In this document: positions 40,199-53,300 of the stretch, in pieces
Numbering within the stretch: the first letter of the stretch is position 1
Layout: the number at the start of each line of letters is the position of its first letter
Source: Octopus vulgaris
Lineage: Eukaryota
DNA: 64,000 nt
Direction of reading: 5' to 3'
NCBI GenBank assembly: GCA_951406725.2
Contig: OX597837.1
Span: forward strand, 44,206,001 to 44,270,000
Notes under the pieces: generated by a model
Told to the model about the DNA's origin: nothing
What the model saw: only the letters and a program-made list of their open reading frames with translations
Database searches by the model: none
Program-made: the position numbers and the translations under genes

Positions 40199-40520
40199 GG
40201 GTACTACTAGTGAACAGTGGTCCCGGTGCGCGCACTCGCGCATCCGCGCTAGCTAGTCGTGACTAATCGATCCTAAAACGACTACCTAGCAAAGTAAATA
40301 AAACACAAAATAAATAAATTTTTTTACACAAAGTAAATAATGTTTGTTAAACAGCGGTGGTGCCCCAGCATGGCCGCGGCCTTCGGGCTAAAACATTTTA
40401 AGGGATTTTAAGGAAAGTAAATAAAAACACAAAAACACAAAGTAAGGATCGACTAGTCACGACTAGCTAGCGCGGATGCGCGAGTGCGCGCACCGGGACC
40501 ACTGTTCGCTAGTAGTACCC
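40199..40520. repeat. CpG-rich inverted repeat (76-bp arms, 2 mismatches) followed by a tandem duplication of about 121 bp to about 40715
   Basis: 40199-40274 is the reverse complement of 40445-40520. Confidence 0.9.
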
Positions 40521-41919
40521 GTGTATGTATGTATGCACGCATGCACACACTATCCTCTGTGTATACGTATACATGCCTCTGTATTTAGTGAGTGTAGTAC
40601 GCGAGTGCGCGCACCGGGACCACTGTTAGCTAGTAGTACCCGTGTATGTATGCATGCATACACACACTATCCTCTGTGTATACGTATACACGCCTCTGTA
40701 TTTAGTATGAGTGTATAGGTCCTGATATACACATAAATGAACAGACTCACACATACAGGTATTATTTATATACACACACGTATTTATACAAGTTGATTAG
40801 CTAAACGTTAACTATATTGCAAGCCATAAACATCATAAAATCTCAGTTTTCCTCTCAACACACACAGAAAAATATATAAATATATATACATACATACATA
40901 CACAACATGGACACATGAACAGTCAGGTTGTGTTAACTGACATTCCGACACTTTCTCTCTCACACATACACACACCTATGCAAACACAAGACTATATAAA
41001 ATGTAAATGCTAACACATCACTTGTTAATAAAGGTCAAACTTCATATTTTTATGTAACCTCCTGTTTCTCATATTACAAACACACATACAAACATACAGC
41101 TATGCAGATATTTTCACATATAACCACACATATATACACATGGCTTATAACAATTACAGGGTGATTCAAAAATTCTTTGCTTCATATCTATGTGTGGTGT
41201 AATCGTAATCCGAATTTATCTAATCGTTCTATCGTTATCTGCCAGCCTCTTCATCCGCCACCATCGCAAACACCAACCTAGTGTATTATAATTCCATCCA
41301 TTTCTTCAGAATAGGGAAGCTGCCACGTAGTCGTTACATATGCTAGAAAAAGCAGTCAAATCTATAAAATTAGCCCTACCATCTGGGTTTTTTTTTAAGA
41401 AAGGAAATATAAGCATTTGAATAGATAGGATGGTCATGGCTAGAATGCCTGTCTGTTTCATCAACAATGACCTGGGTCAAACAACAACAGTAACTGGGAG
41501 CATGCATGGTTGCTTCACTTGCTAGATATAGCGACCAAATCGCCCTCAGATCACACACCGCCGTTTTAAAAACGGAGACGCATTTGTTACAGAAAACATA
41601 ACAAAATAAAATATAGACTGTTTGGTCATGATTGGAACGTCTCTGATCATAGACCTGCTTCATCAGAGTAACTCGGAGCCTCTGCGTGGTCGCTAGACCT
41701 GCTAGAAAAAGGCAATCAAATGTCCTTCAAATTATATACCAACAGTCTGAGAAAAGGGGTCATATCAATGTAACCCTTAGATATCTATCCGAAAGTTGGG
41801 ATGGCCACGACTGGATTATCTCTTGAGCAGAGCTGATCTGTGGTTAAATGACAACATCAATGCAATCATTATCATACCGCAATGTCACAGTGATCCCATA
41901 AGGACACTTTGGTGCTCCA

Positions 41920-42455
41920 ACACGACCCCCCGACTTTATTTCCTCATAACTTTCAGAAAAATGAATATTTTTTTTTAATGAAATTTAGCAGAATTATGGT
42001 TTCCGAGAATGCAGATTATAATTATATTGTTAAAATGTTTTTAGAAAACAATATTTTTGACGGAATTTCGGATCGTCCTGAAACCCACATTCGTCCCTCC
42101 GCCTTTTGTTATCAATTTCCATAACTCCGGCATTATTATTATTATTTTTTTTTTGCAAATTTTCATAATTTCCACACTCCAGTATGTATTTGTGTCAAAA
42201 TATTATTTAAACAATACGAATTTTGAAGAGATTTATGAAAAAGGAAACAAAATTCGGCAGGTGTTTATAAAAATAATCTGAAACTCATTCACAAAATATT
42301 AAAAAAAAAATTCAAATTCTTTCCAAATTTTGTCAACAGAATCATAATTTACATCCTCGAAAACATATCTTTGAAAAATTCCGCCATAAAATATGTATTT
42401 TTCTGAAAATATGTATTTTTACGAGGAAACAATGTCAGTGATCGGGGTGGGGCAT
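41920..42455. mobile_element. Decayed MITE related to fragments at about 11635-11720, 43700-43850 and 48170-48270
   Basis: CGACTTTATTTCCTCATAACTTTCAGAAAA at the left end versus TTTTACGAGGAAACAATGTCAG at the right end, with additional inner inverted segments. Confidence 0.5.
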
Positions 42456-43371
42456 CAAACTATAGTTTTGCCCTATAACTATTACCAACATCACCGTGTG
42501 AATCTCTACAAGGTCACTCGAACTGCGAGAAATAGCATTGAGATGTCCCCTAAAGCACCTGCACCCACGTACTAATTACACCATCATCATCATTAATTGC
42601 TATCAGTATCACATTTACTATCAGCCCCAGGTCTGCCCAATCGGGGGGGGGGGGGTCTGGTTCTAAACATCATACCAGCTAAAAGCTATATCCATCATCA
42701 TCACTATCACCAACATCATCTTAAGCACCGCCGCCACCACCACCAAAACAATAACAGTCGCAGAACCTTCTACGTGGTAGCTCGAACAGCTAGAAATAGC
42801 AGCCAAATTTATCGCAAACCACTTCCCAACATTTTTAGGACACAATTTGAATAATACGTCTTAGATGCGTAATCTGAGATGGTCATGGTTGGAACGCTTC
42901 AAGTCAAAGCAATAAAACAAGGGACTCGATCGATCTATCGATCAGTTTCTTAAAATACCCTATTGTTTATGAAAGTCAACCTAAATGACATTCGGCTGGA
43001 TGTGGTATTGCTAGAAATAGCAGCCGGTCGTATTCGAGAGCCGCAGACACTACACTGTTGTAGTGAACAGAATTATATTTACTTATTGATAATTAATATC
43101 CCTGATTAGATAAGAAGAACGACAAAAAGAAAAATAAATAAAAGACTAACTTAATTGATAAGATATAAGGATGCGATCAAATGCAAATAATGATCTATAG
43201 ATATATATATCAAAGGGTTTGAAACAGAGGCATAACTACAGAAGTGTGCCCATTACGAAAGACTGTCACATTTAAAAAATAAAATATATATATATATTAT
43301 TATAAAATATATATATTATTCGTTCGACAAATTACAGAAGACAAAGAGTAAAAAAAGTTCTTAATTCTTTT

Positions 43372-43635
43372 GGCATTCTTTCGATATAACTCGACAAAAT
43401 CAAAACATTCCACATCGGGTATTTCCGTGGAAGCAAATGACAGTTCGAGATTCTGTTTTCTGCTTGGAATTTTTCGGATTTTACATACACACACATGAAA
43501 CGGGTAAGAATAAATATGCAAGGCTTTTTGCCTTCAAGTTTAAAATGAGACATTTGTTATATCTATACTCCACAACCCACGGAAATACTCTAAGTGAAAT
43601 GGTTTGATTTTGTCGAGTTATATCGAAAGAATGCC
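43372..43635. mobile_element. MITE with about 60-bp TIRs (copy 1)
   Basis: GGCATTCTTTCGATATAACTCGACAAAATCAAA... / ...TTTGATTTTGTCGAGTTATATCGAAAGAATGCC; flanks attctttt and attcttgt. Confidence 0.8.
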
Positions 43636-44571
43636 ATTCTTGTAATTTGCATCATGAAAACAAATGAGGAAGCAAAGACAAGGTGTGTGAATTATCTGAA
43701 ACTCCTCATCCACCCCGCCCTCTGTTGAAAAAAAAATTCCCATCAAATTCTGATATTGTAATCTGAAAGGTATTTGTAGAAAATTTCTCGGAAAAAAAAT
43801 GTTAATTTCTCAGAAAGTTAGGAGGAAACAAAGTCGGTGGGGTGGGGCACAATTGTGTAGTTATGCCCTCAGATCATCCGCAAATCAGTAGATATTCCCA
43901 CGGTGTAATTTCGCAATTATTAAGAAAAGAACACCAGGTCTTCGATTCGGTGTTCCAGTGAGAATCGTCTTGCATGGAGTGTGGCATCATATCTCAGTTT
44001 TCATGAACGAAAAACAATGAGAAATAGATGACATTATGTCGTTTTCAGACGGAAATAATAATTTTTAAAGAATAGGTCAGCCTCATTCTTGGGACAATAC
44101 GTTTTACAAGCCACACATGTCGACTGATTTCATTTTTGATAATAAACATGTAAAAATTCATGCAACACAAAAGCATTCATTCATTTATTTTATAAACCCA
44201 TTTCCATTAGTGTTAATTAACAGTGTATACATCTCAACAGGTGAAGATTAATTCGCAGCTGAGTAGACAATTAGATGAAAAGAATGAAAGCTAATCTAAT
44301 TATCTCTCAGCATTGTTTAGGACTGACACTTGCAGCATTGCTAGAAATACAGACACATGTACTATTTTGAAGAAGATTCTTATGAAGTACAACAACCACT
44401 ATAATTGAAAGAGGTTAGCAGTGATGTGTTGGCAAGACACGATTCAAGTGAAGAGGCAAGAACTAGTTGGCCCTCAAACAATGTTTTTTTTCTTCTCTAT
44501 ATATAACATGAGCGCTAAATGAGGGACTTATCCTTTTTCTATCCCAAATTGGCTCTTATGTCATATCTTAG

Positions 44572-44609
<38 letters not shown>

Positions 44610-46083
44610 GTGCACACGTGCATACACGTGTTCTAGTTGTGGCTGCACAATTAAACGATAGCAACTAAAACGAATGTAGACTCGTAGACTCGTGAAATTA
44701 GGCTCTCGCAGAAGCCCTGGAATCAACTAGGGAGTCAAACTGAGTGGTACACGGACGAAGGTGCACACCAAACAGCCAGTATATTCCTATAAAACATCAA
44801 AGATGCAAGCCATTGGAAATATATCATTCGCATTTTATGAAGAATTGTTTTTTCACACGAGATTCTGAACAATTAAGGTCGCCCCTTTCGAGACGAATCA
44901 AAGAATTTAGGCTTATTCATTTATTTCTAAATAGTTGGATGTATTATTCATGATTATTATTGTTATAAGTTTAGAATCATTGATGGCCAAATTCATTTTT
45001 TAACATACGACCCACACAGCAATCGATTCCCCATTCGTTAACAGGTACGACGTCCGTCAAATTATTCCCTTAGTTAATACGAACGAAGATCGAAGTTTGA
45101 TCTTGGGGATATTCATGACGTTTAAGGCACCCTTTCGGCACACCATGTCGTCCCAAGACATTGACCGCTTGTTCAGAGGTGAAGTAAGAGAGAGAAGCAG
45201 TCACCCTCGGGTGCAACGTTTCCTCTGAGCTACCAAGTTTTAATTAACGTACGGGGCGCCAAAATTGTCATTGCAATCGGGCACTGACAACCCTGGTTGC
45301 GTAATTGCCATTTACCCAGCATATCAGTACATACAAGACAGGGCAAAACCTCTTCTCGATGACGAGTAACATAACCCTAAGTTGAAGAAACCGGGTGGCA
45401 GATTTTCCGCTCTTTATAGATTTAAAAATCACAACAGCTACAACGATCTCTATTGCCAGGAATAAAGAAACCCTTGCCCATTCTGCAAGGATTTTTTCTT
45501 CCATCTTTCTGTACCCTTTCCCTTCCCAACGGGGTATGAGACTTCGAGGGGTAGAGCTATTCTAAAACTTCGCCCAAATCTCAAACCGTTGACGCGGTCA
45601 GTAGTAGGCGGTTTCGAATTGCATGGGAGAAAAAAAATGAAAGCAGCGAGTTAATTTAGATATTTATGAATTTGTAAAATTAAAGATTCATTATTTCTCT
45701 CAGAACAGATGCATCACTCACTAAATTTAATAAATAATTCGATCCTGGTGTTAAAAAAAAAAAAAAAGTTTCCCCCGGCAGTGCTTTATGTGGCTGCTCA
45801 TAATGCTAGAAATAGCAGCTAAATCTCTCTCAAATTACACCCTACCGTCTTAAAAAATAAAGCAGGGGACAATGTAATCAAAACTGGAAAAATGTAATAG
45901 AAAATGGAAAAATAAAAGAAGGAAAACAAGAACAATCACACCTAAGGTACCTTTAATTATAGGGCCTGCTCGATCAGAGCCGGCCTGGTGGGACACAACA
46001 TCCGAAACTACCATTAGTATTAATATATATTTTTTTTATTCCCAAAAGCTCTCAGGTTTATTTAAACGAAATAGGAATCGAGA

Positions 46084-46174
46084 GGTGTTGACCTGTTCAT
46101 GCTTTGGAAATTATCATCCCGTCTTAAGGGGGATGTGGGTTCGAGTCCCACGGGTAGACTTCGACTTTTTTTTT
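46084..46174 (+). ncRNA. tRNA-Lys(CTT)-like or vault-like Pol III element (non-canonical, possibly a tRNA pseudogene)
   Basis: Perfect T-arm/B-box GTGGG-TTCGAGT-CCCAC; upstream hairpin ATCCC..GGGAT around TCTTAA; T9 terminator at 46166-46174. The D-arm and acceptor stem are not canonical. Confidence 0.45.
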
Positions 46175-46494
46175 ATCCAAAAATAGGTTTTTTTCACTCC
46201 AACAATTACATGCTATTATTTATAGCCTTATGTGCTTCGAGAAGGATTATTCCATAACTTTTTTTCGTTAGCATAAGGCCGGCATTTCTACGCGAGGACC
46301 AAGGATGTGGAACAGAAAGGGGAGACATAGAGAGAGGAGGGAAAGTAGAGAGAGAAGGAGAGAGACGGAGAGAGATAGAGTTAATGAGAGAGGGGGAGGG
46401 CACACACGAATCAATTAAGAGCATTTGTATTCATTGATTAATTAAGTAAATATTATTTAAGGCTAGACTTTTGAATAGGCGTTGAATTACTTAC

Positions 46495-46515
46495 TTTGAA
46501 TTCCGACTTTGGCAT
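46495..46515 (-). CDS. Possible first coding exon (MPKSEFK) of an unidentified gene divergent from IDH2
   Basis: Minus strand reads ATG CCA AAG TCG GAA TTC AAA then a consensus GTAAGT donor. It is preceded by a CT-rich leader (46635-46860, minus strand) that mirrors the CT-rich leader before IDH2. No downstream exon was identified. Confidence 0.3.
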
Positions 46516-47436
46516 TCGTGTCAAGAAAACGAATAACAAGAAAATATCTAGAAAGGAAAGCGAAGGATCGGTGCCACTAACCAGCGACACAAGCAGAGTC
46601 TGGTAAAGGAAGAACTGCACATGTAATGGAAGACGAGAGAGAGAGAGAGACAGAGACAGATAGAGAGAGAGATATAGGTAGATAGATACAGAGAGAGAGA
46701 GAGAAAGTAAGGCAGACAAAGAAAGAAAGAGAGTAATATACAAAGAGAGAGAAATGAATATAGAGAGGATAAGAGTACAATGAAAAGAGAAAGAGAATGA
46801 TTCGTAAGTCGAAGGAGAGGGGGAAAGTAGGAGAAGGAAGAGGCAAGAAGTGAGAGGAAATATTAAAGCCAGATAAACTAACCAATTAGAAGCGTTTATT
46901 TAATCATGTGACGAGCAAAGCTGCGACTCGTTTAAAAAAAATCTACAATGATGGCAAAAGAGAAAATACACCGCTATGTGCATTATGACAAGACAATGGG
47001 GGATGTATGGTTGGTGAATAGGAAATGTCGGTAAGAAATTATATCGAGAAGATCTTGCCAAACATTTTGTTTTCTGTATTTTAATAGTTTAATCATAATT
47101 TGAATACTTTGTGAGCAATCATATCCTTTGTCAGTCACAATTATAGAGCATTTTTAGCCACGAGCAACAACCTGTCACCCCTTCCCGCCATGTGGGCGAA
47201 TAGCATAATCCCATGCTGTAGTGTGGCCCGGAGCCTGTTTAAAGAGAAACCTTCTCTCTGTCCGCCTCTGGTTCTCTCTCTCCATTCATCTACCTTTCCC
47301 TCCCTATATCTGGTTCTCTCTCTCTCTATTTATTCACCTTTCACTCCCTCTATCTGGTTGTCTCTCTCTATTTATTTCTCCTCTTTCTTTCCAAACCAAT
47401 TCGCCACTTCTTTCAGTCGGTTCTTGCTAACGCACC

Positions 47437-47548
47437 ATGGCCAAGGTTGTCGCATCTGTAGCTTCGAAATTACTTGTTCGCAACACATCATCTTCTCTAC
47501 ACAATCTAGTTGCACCGGCAACATTAAATGTGCAGCAAAAGCGCAACT
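47437..47548 (+). CDS. IDH2: IDH2 (mitochondrial NADP-dependent isocitrate dehydrogenase) coding exon 1, mitochondrial targeting peptide
   Basis: Kozak-context CACCATGG start; encodes MAKVVASVASKLLVRNTSSSLHNLVAPATLNVQQKRN (basic and hydroxylated residues, no acidic ones, typical of a presequence) plus one base T, then a GTGAGT donor at 47549. The phase-1 junction joins exon 2 in frame (T+AT = Tyr). Confidence 0.88.
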
Positions 47549-49369
47549 GTGAGTATATATTTCTTTTAATAGGAAAGATAAAAGCAAAAAAAACACTAAT
47601 AGAAACCATGAGAATCTCTTACATATCAAAGCCATAGTGTAAGGGAGGAGGGACAGCGAATGTCCGTATAGTGACATTTATTCCTTTCTTTTAGAATTAA
47701 TCCACGTGCCTGAATTAAATCTGTTACCTACTGGGAATTGAAACCGGATCGCAGACCTGATTAGAAAAGATAAACCTTATAATTCCTCCGGCACGACTCG
47801 CTATAACCGTGTCCAAGAATCATTACAGAAACCATCCGAATAATTTTTCCGCTTATTTTGCTAAATAATATCTCTTTTAGAAATCCTGGATATCATAATC
47901 TCATTTAATTCCTGTTCTGGCAATTTAAATCTTTTATACGTATACCATTGTTCATTAATTAAAATTTACTGTATATATTTTACATATAATTATAAATTAA
48001 TACCCATTATCGCAATTGCCAAGGAGAAATACCGCTTCTTTTACCATCTAACATTCTCGTAGCCTTTTATTCTTCAATAATAGTTAAATCTTAGTATATA
48101 TATATGTGTGTATATTTATACTCCTTTTGTATTGTGGAACTTCTACAGTTTAATGCCCCTTCTGCCCGGCTTTTTCTCCATAACTTTTTGGAAAATAGGT
48201 TTGTTTTGTTTTTTTAAACGAAATTTTTACTGAGATATATTTTCAAGAGTGTAAATGATTATAGTCACGAAATCTGTTTTTTTTTTAGCGGCTCTCTATC
48301 ACGCTGAGTTTTGTTAGCACTAATTTCCGTAACTTCATTTGTACGTGTGAATTCCGTATGTTTGAAGCGTCAACCTTGCATATTTGTTCGAAATATATAC
48401 AGTTTAAAGAATTATGAGGAATTAATCAGGAGGGTCAAAATGATAAACGGTGTCTCCCCCTACCCTAAAAATAAATTAATCTTAATATATTTGTATTCTA
48501 CACGATCGAAAACACATCTGAAAAAAAATTTGACATAAAAATGAAATATTTCTGTAAAATACAACAAAACAAAAGTTAGGAGGCACTAAACTGTATATAT
48601 GCCATATAGAGAATCTCTTACATTCATTTTTAGTGTGCGATTGTAATTGTTTTATTAAAATATTAATAAAATATACGTCTATCAGTCCCTTTCCACTCTT
48701 AGTATTGATTTAGTAAGAGGAAATTAGGTGAATACAACTGAAATTACATAATTTCTGACGAAACGAACGTACTGGTGAAATTCGGAAAATTACCAGAAAA
48801 CGGCGCCAGTTAAATTTTTTCTTTTTTGTTTTTTTAAACTTTGATTCATTTTCTCTTTTCCTTCGTTTTTCTTTTTATATACTTTTCCCTTTCGTTCGCA
48901 ACAACCTTAACGTTTGGTATATACTTTGTCCTTCGCAAACAAACCCTAATTAATGCTGGTGGAGATGGTATTAAAGGTGCTGGGTGCTGTGGAGTGATTT
49001 GTGGGGATTTAAGTTTTGTTAAAATTAGTCGGTCAAAATTATTTGGGCCGCGTGCTTCCTCATAGTCTGTTATATTTAAAATAAGGAAAAAAAAAAAAAA
49101 AAAGGTTTCGACCTCCTGTTTCATGACATATTTTTTCTGTTCCTCAATATTGTAGATGGAGATAACAAACACCTTTATAGATAGACAGGTAGACAAATAT
49201 ATAAATAAACATTACAGATTTATTCGTAGTGATTGTACATAATAATGCTTCCAGGTTTCCTTAATACATGTACACACGAAACCGGTTTATATATTTCGTT
49301 GGACGTAGGGACAAAGAAAGAAACCAAATAGAATTCATATTGTTCCGAAAATCCGCCAAATTTATTTAA

Positions 49370-49747
49370 CACTAGCAGTATCGCCCGGCGTTGCTCGGGT
49401 TTGTAAGGGAAATAACTATAAAGCATTTTTAGAGTGTTATATCCAAAAAAATGGAAAAAAAATTATGGTAAATTTTTTTTTGAGAGTTAAAACGGTCGAT
49501 TTGCGTCCCCTAGACAGTCTGTGGTTTGTGTTTCTGATTCTCGACCCCATGTCGAATTTATCGATTTTTTTCAGAACTGGGGAAACTTTTCAAAATTTTC
49601 TCTGCGTTAGTTTTGAATTATGACATTGGGCTATATGTGTGTTAAGTTTCATCAGAATCGGTTGAAAGCCGTGGTCAGGGTGAGGGTACAAGCAAACAGA
49701 CACACAGAAACACGCACAGACAAACTGCCGTTTATATATAGAGAGAT
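49370..49747 (+). mobile_element. Helentron/HINE-like element
   Basis: ACTAGCAGTATCGCCCGGCGTTGCTCGGG start; AAGTTTCATCAGAATCGG; ACAGACAC microsatellite; TTTATATATAGAGAGAT end. Confidence 0.65.
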
Positions 49748-50119
49748 CAAACGAAGATGGGTCGTGATTTTTTTTTTTTTTTTTTTTTTTTCTTCTTGTT
49801 TAAGTGGTTTTCTCACGCCCTCCCCATTAATTAAGGGTATCTCCTCGAGTTATTTTGAGCATCGTTAATTTAGACTCAGCAAATATATTATTTAAATCAC
49901 AAGCTGATTAGAGCTAGTATTAACAAATTAGTAATTACAGCTGTTAGTAATACTATTTAGTACATATCTACCCGTGTATAAGTCGCACTGTTTTATAGAG
50001 AAAATTGATTTATGGATATAAATCGTTCGTTGATTATATATATGTATGTATATTTATATTGTTTGCAGTTGTAATTATATTTTCTTTTTAAATATACATT
50101 TATATTCAAAGTTCTTGTG

Positions 50120-50389
50120 GGCATTCCTTCGATATAGCTCGACAAGGTCGAGACATTTCACTTCGGGGTATCTTCGTGGGTTGTGGGGTATAATGAAATT
50201 ATGCCAGCAATATCTCGTTTTAAACTTGAAGGAAAAAAGCCTTGTCTATTTTATTCTTATCTGTTTCATGTATCTATGTAAAATCCGTGAATTTCCAAGC
50301 AGAAAACAGAATCGAAGTGTCATTTGCTTCCACGGAAATACCTGGAGTGAAGTGTTTTGATTTTTGTCGAGTTATATCGAAAGAATACC
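50120..50389. mobile_element. MITE with about 60-bp TIRs (copy 2, opposite orientation), perfect 9-bp TSD
   Basis: Same TIR family as 43372-43635; GTTCTTGTG occurs at both 50111-50119 and 50390-50398. Confidence 0.85.
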
Positions 50390-53300
50390 GTTCTTGTGTA
50401 TATAAAAGTATTTATATAATTCTTCTAAGAATTAAGTTCTTATTTATATAATATATATGGAATTATTGTATAGATATAATTCCATTTTTTTTTTATTTTT
50501 TTTTTATTTTTTTGTATATAAATGGAATTTGCAGCTGCTGATAGAAATAAATGCTTGTGTGTGTGTGTACAAAAGGTAAAAAAAAAAAAATCAGAACCCT
50601 TTAACCCTAATCAAATTCTTTTTGAAATAAATTCAAACTTTTTTGCTGATTGTGAATGATTGATGTACTTAACAAAAGTCAGGGTTTAAAAAATTGAAAA
50701 AGAAAAAGCGAAGCGTAATCGTATAAGTGCCAAGAATTGTCTGTCCAGCCAGGAACCCTTAATTCGTATTGATTCCATTTCCTTGCATCCAATTTCCGTT
50801 TTTTCAATGGTTTCTCTATTGTATTATTTCCTCCTCTCTTTCCTTCTTGTGATGAATTTCTTTACTCAGAACTAATAAATATATCATCACCTCACTTTCG
50901 TCTCTCACGCATCCGCACTTTTTCAATTCAATTTTTCTAGACAGGCAATCGAAGAATCCTCGCATGTATCGACCTGATTTATCGGATGTTATAAACCGCT
51001 GGTCACAGTGCCCTTCTCTGCATAATTATAGCCAGAATTGGGAAAGACCCACCCCCCATTTTCTCCCAAATTTTTTTCATTTTTGCTTAAAAAAAAATCC
51101 CCGTTTTCGGATACGGAGGTTCCGGAAAATTGCTAAAAATCGGCATTGTGAAATCCCCCCCCCCCCAACTTCAATTTTGACTGAAGACCGTACGATGTAA
51201 TTTTGGGGTTTTGCCTATTCTTTCTAGTAGGTGAATGACCACGTAGAGGTCCTCTCGTTGGTTCTAGCTTAGTAGTTAGTTAGTAACACGTACACCTTGT
51301 ATGTGAAACTGTGTAGACGGAAACTGTAGAAGTCTCGACGTATGGGTCGTATCTGTGATTTTAAAATGCATAACCTTATTACATTGCGTCACGCTGATTC
51401 CACCTGAAGGTGATTACGTCGAGGGTACACGTGTCCACGTTTTACTGTCACTTTCGGTTTCTCGGAGGGTTTTTAGTCAGAGGAACAATTAACAGAACTC
51501 TCGCGGTCAGAGTGACCGATATCCATGTAATGTGCTTTTTTGTGGAAAGTTACATCAATGGAATCTAGCTACTCTGTGCTTCTGAAGGGCATAAAAATAC
51601 AAATTGAACAGTTTGTCAAACTCCTTTGCTTGTTGCCTGTTACTAAAGGTTCGGTTCAAGCCCGTCATATACATACGTTCCTATATAAGTGGTTAAGCTC
51701 ATCTCGCTTTTCTAATTAGGCGGTAACAAGCTGGAGATAGCCAAAGCAACATCAAAGTGGATGCTTAATTAATAAATATCGTCCAGAAAACTCATTCAGT
51801 TAAATACAACGAAGTATTCGCCAGTGTATTTGATTACCTGTATTCTGCTTTCTCAAAGTATTAATTTCAAAGTTCTGACACTAGGCCAACAATTTTAGTG
51901 GTGGTTGTGGGTGGTAAGTCGATTGCATCGACCCTGAAGGGTAAAGTCGACCTGGGCGGAATTTGAATTCAGAACGTTAAAAGCTGAACGAAATACTGCT
52001 AAATATTTTATCCGATTCGCTGAAAATTCCTCCAGCTCGCCGCCGTAATCATTCTATTTTAGGGACAAGACCAGCAGTTTCAATGGATGGATGGGTGTGC
52101 TAGACGTTTACCTTAACGGCGGAGTTTCGGATCAACGACCTCGGTGCTCGACTGATGCTTATTTAATCGACCGAGAAAGGATAAAAGGCCAAGTCGACCT
52201 CGGCGGAACGTAAAGAGCCGGAAGATATGCCATTAAGCAGAACAGCTGCAACATAAATGTCAGTTATTGACTCTGAATTTTCGAGTGTGATTTTTTTTTC
52301 ACGACTCGCATTGCTTTTTAATATCCTTGAAAAAGGCGTGAAACTCACGAATTCATATCTTTTATCATTGACGAAGCCAAATGAGTTCGATTTTGTTTCG
52401 ATTTTGCCAGCAGAAATTTGTAATTTCACATTTGAACACCTTTCACTGACAATTTCTTTTTTGAAAAATATTGTGAAAAAATTAAGATAGACAAAGAAAG
52501 ATAGTAGTTAAATATAAATATATTTCTTTATTACCCACAAGGGGCTAAACATAGGGGGGACAGACAAAGGGATTAAATCGATTACATCGACCCCGAAAGG
52601 ATGAAAGGCAAAGTCGACCTCGGCGGAATTTTAACTCAGAACGTAACGGCAGACGAAATACCTCTAAAGCAATTCGCCCGACGTGCTAACGTAATTAAAT
52701 ATAAATAATTAATACTTTTGAATTTGTACACTTAATTGGTTCCTTATTTTTCTAAGCACGGATTCTAATCATGCGCTTGTGGTTTCCTTCTCGCCAACCG
52801 GTTGATGCGGTCGCTGGACCTGCTAGACATAGATGCCAAATAAAACCTTTATCGCCTTTTTAAAATAGAAGACGTGTAAAGCAGATGGATTGGAACTAGA
52901 ATACCTTTGATCATAGGGTTATTCAGTTTAAACTTACCTTGACTCAACGGTAACCCCTGGCAAGAATATTTTTCACCAAATAGTAACAAATGCTTGGTAA
53001 AATACACATTAGTTTAGTGGGCCAAAGCTCTTTCTATTTTCTCCTCTTTTTCTCGTGGTCACCTCCAAAAAGAAATAAAGGAATATTTCTGTATCATTTT
53101 GCTGCACCGAAAATCGCTGGCTATTCTCAGCGACATTGCCATCGCGGTCATTGCGGCGTGGCGCGGCTGAACACACCTTTTGTTCCGAGATGTGTGGTCC
53201 ATCTGGTACTGCTTTGCCCTACTCTTTTTTACTGTTTCTTTGTATTTGAATATCATAATTTAAAATGTGATCTGTTGTATAATTGATAGCAGAAATAAAG

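Noticed and set aside
45085-45630. Telomerase RNA (TAACCCTAA at 45372), U12-like start, LTR primer-binding site TGGCGCC, or short Kozak ORF MSSQDIDRLFRGE
   Set aside because: Each match is short and isolated; no pseudoknot, H/ACA box, Sm site, paired LTR or downstream exon could be supported.
48752-48795. aattt-CTGACGA...GAAA...aaatt
   Set aside because: No UH cleavage site or stem III, and weak stem II; at most an unrecognisable relic.
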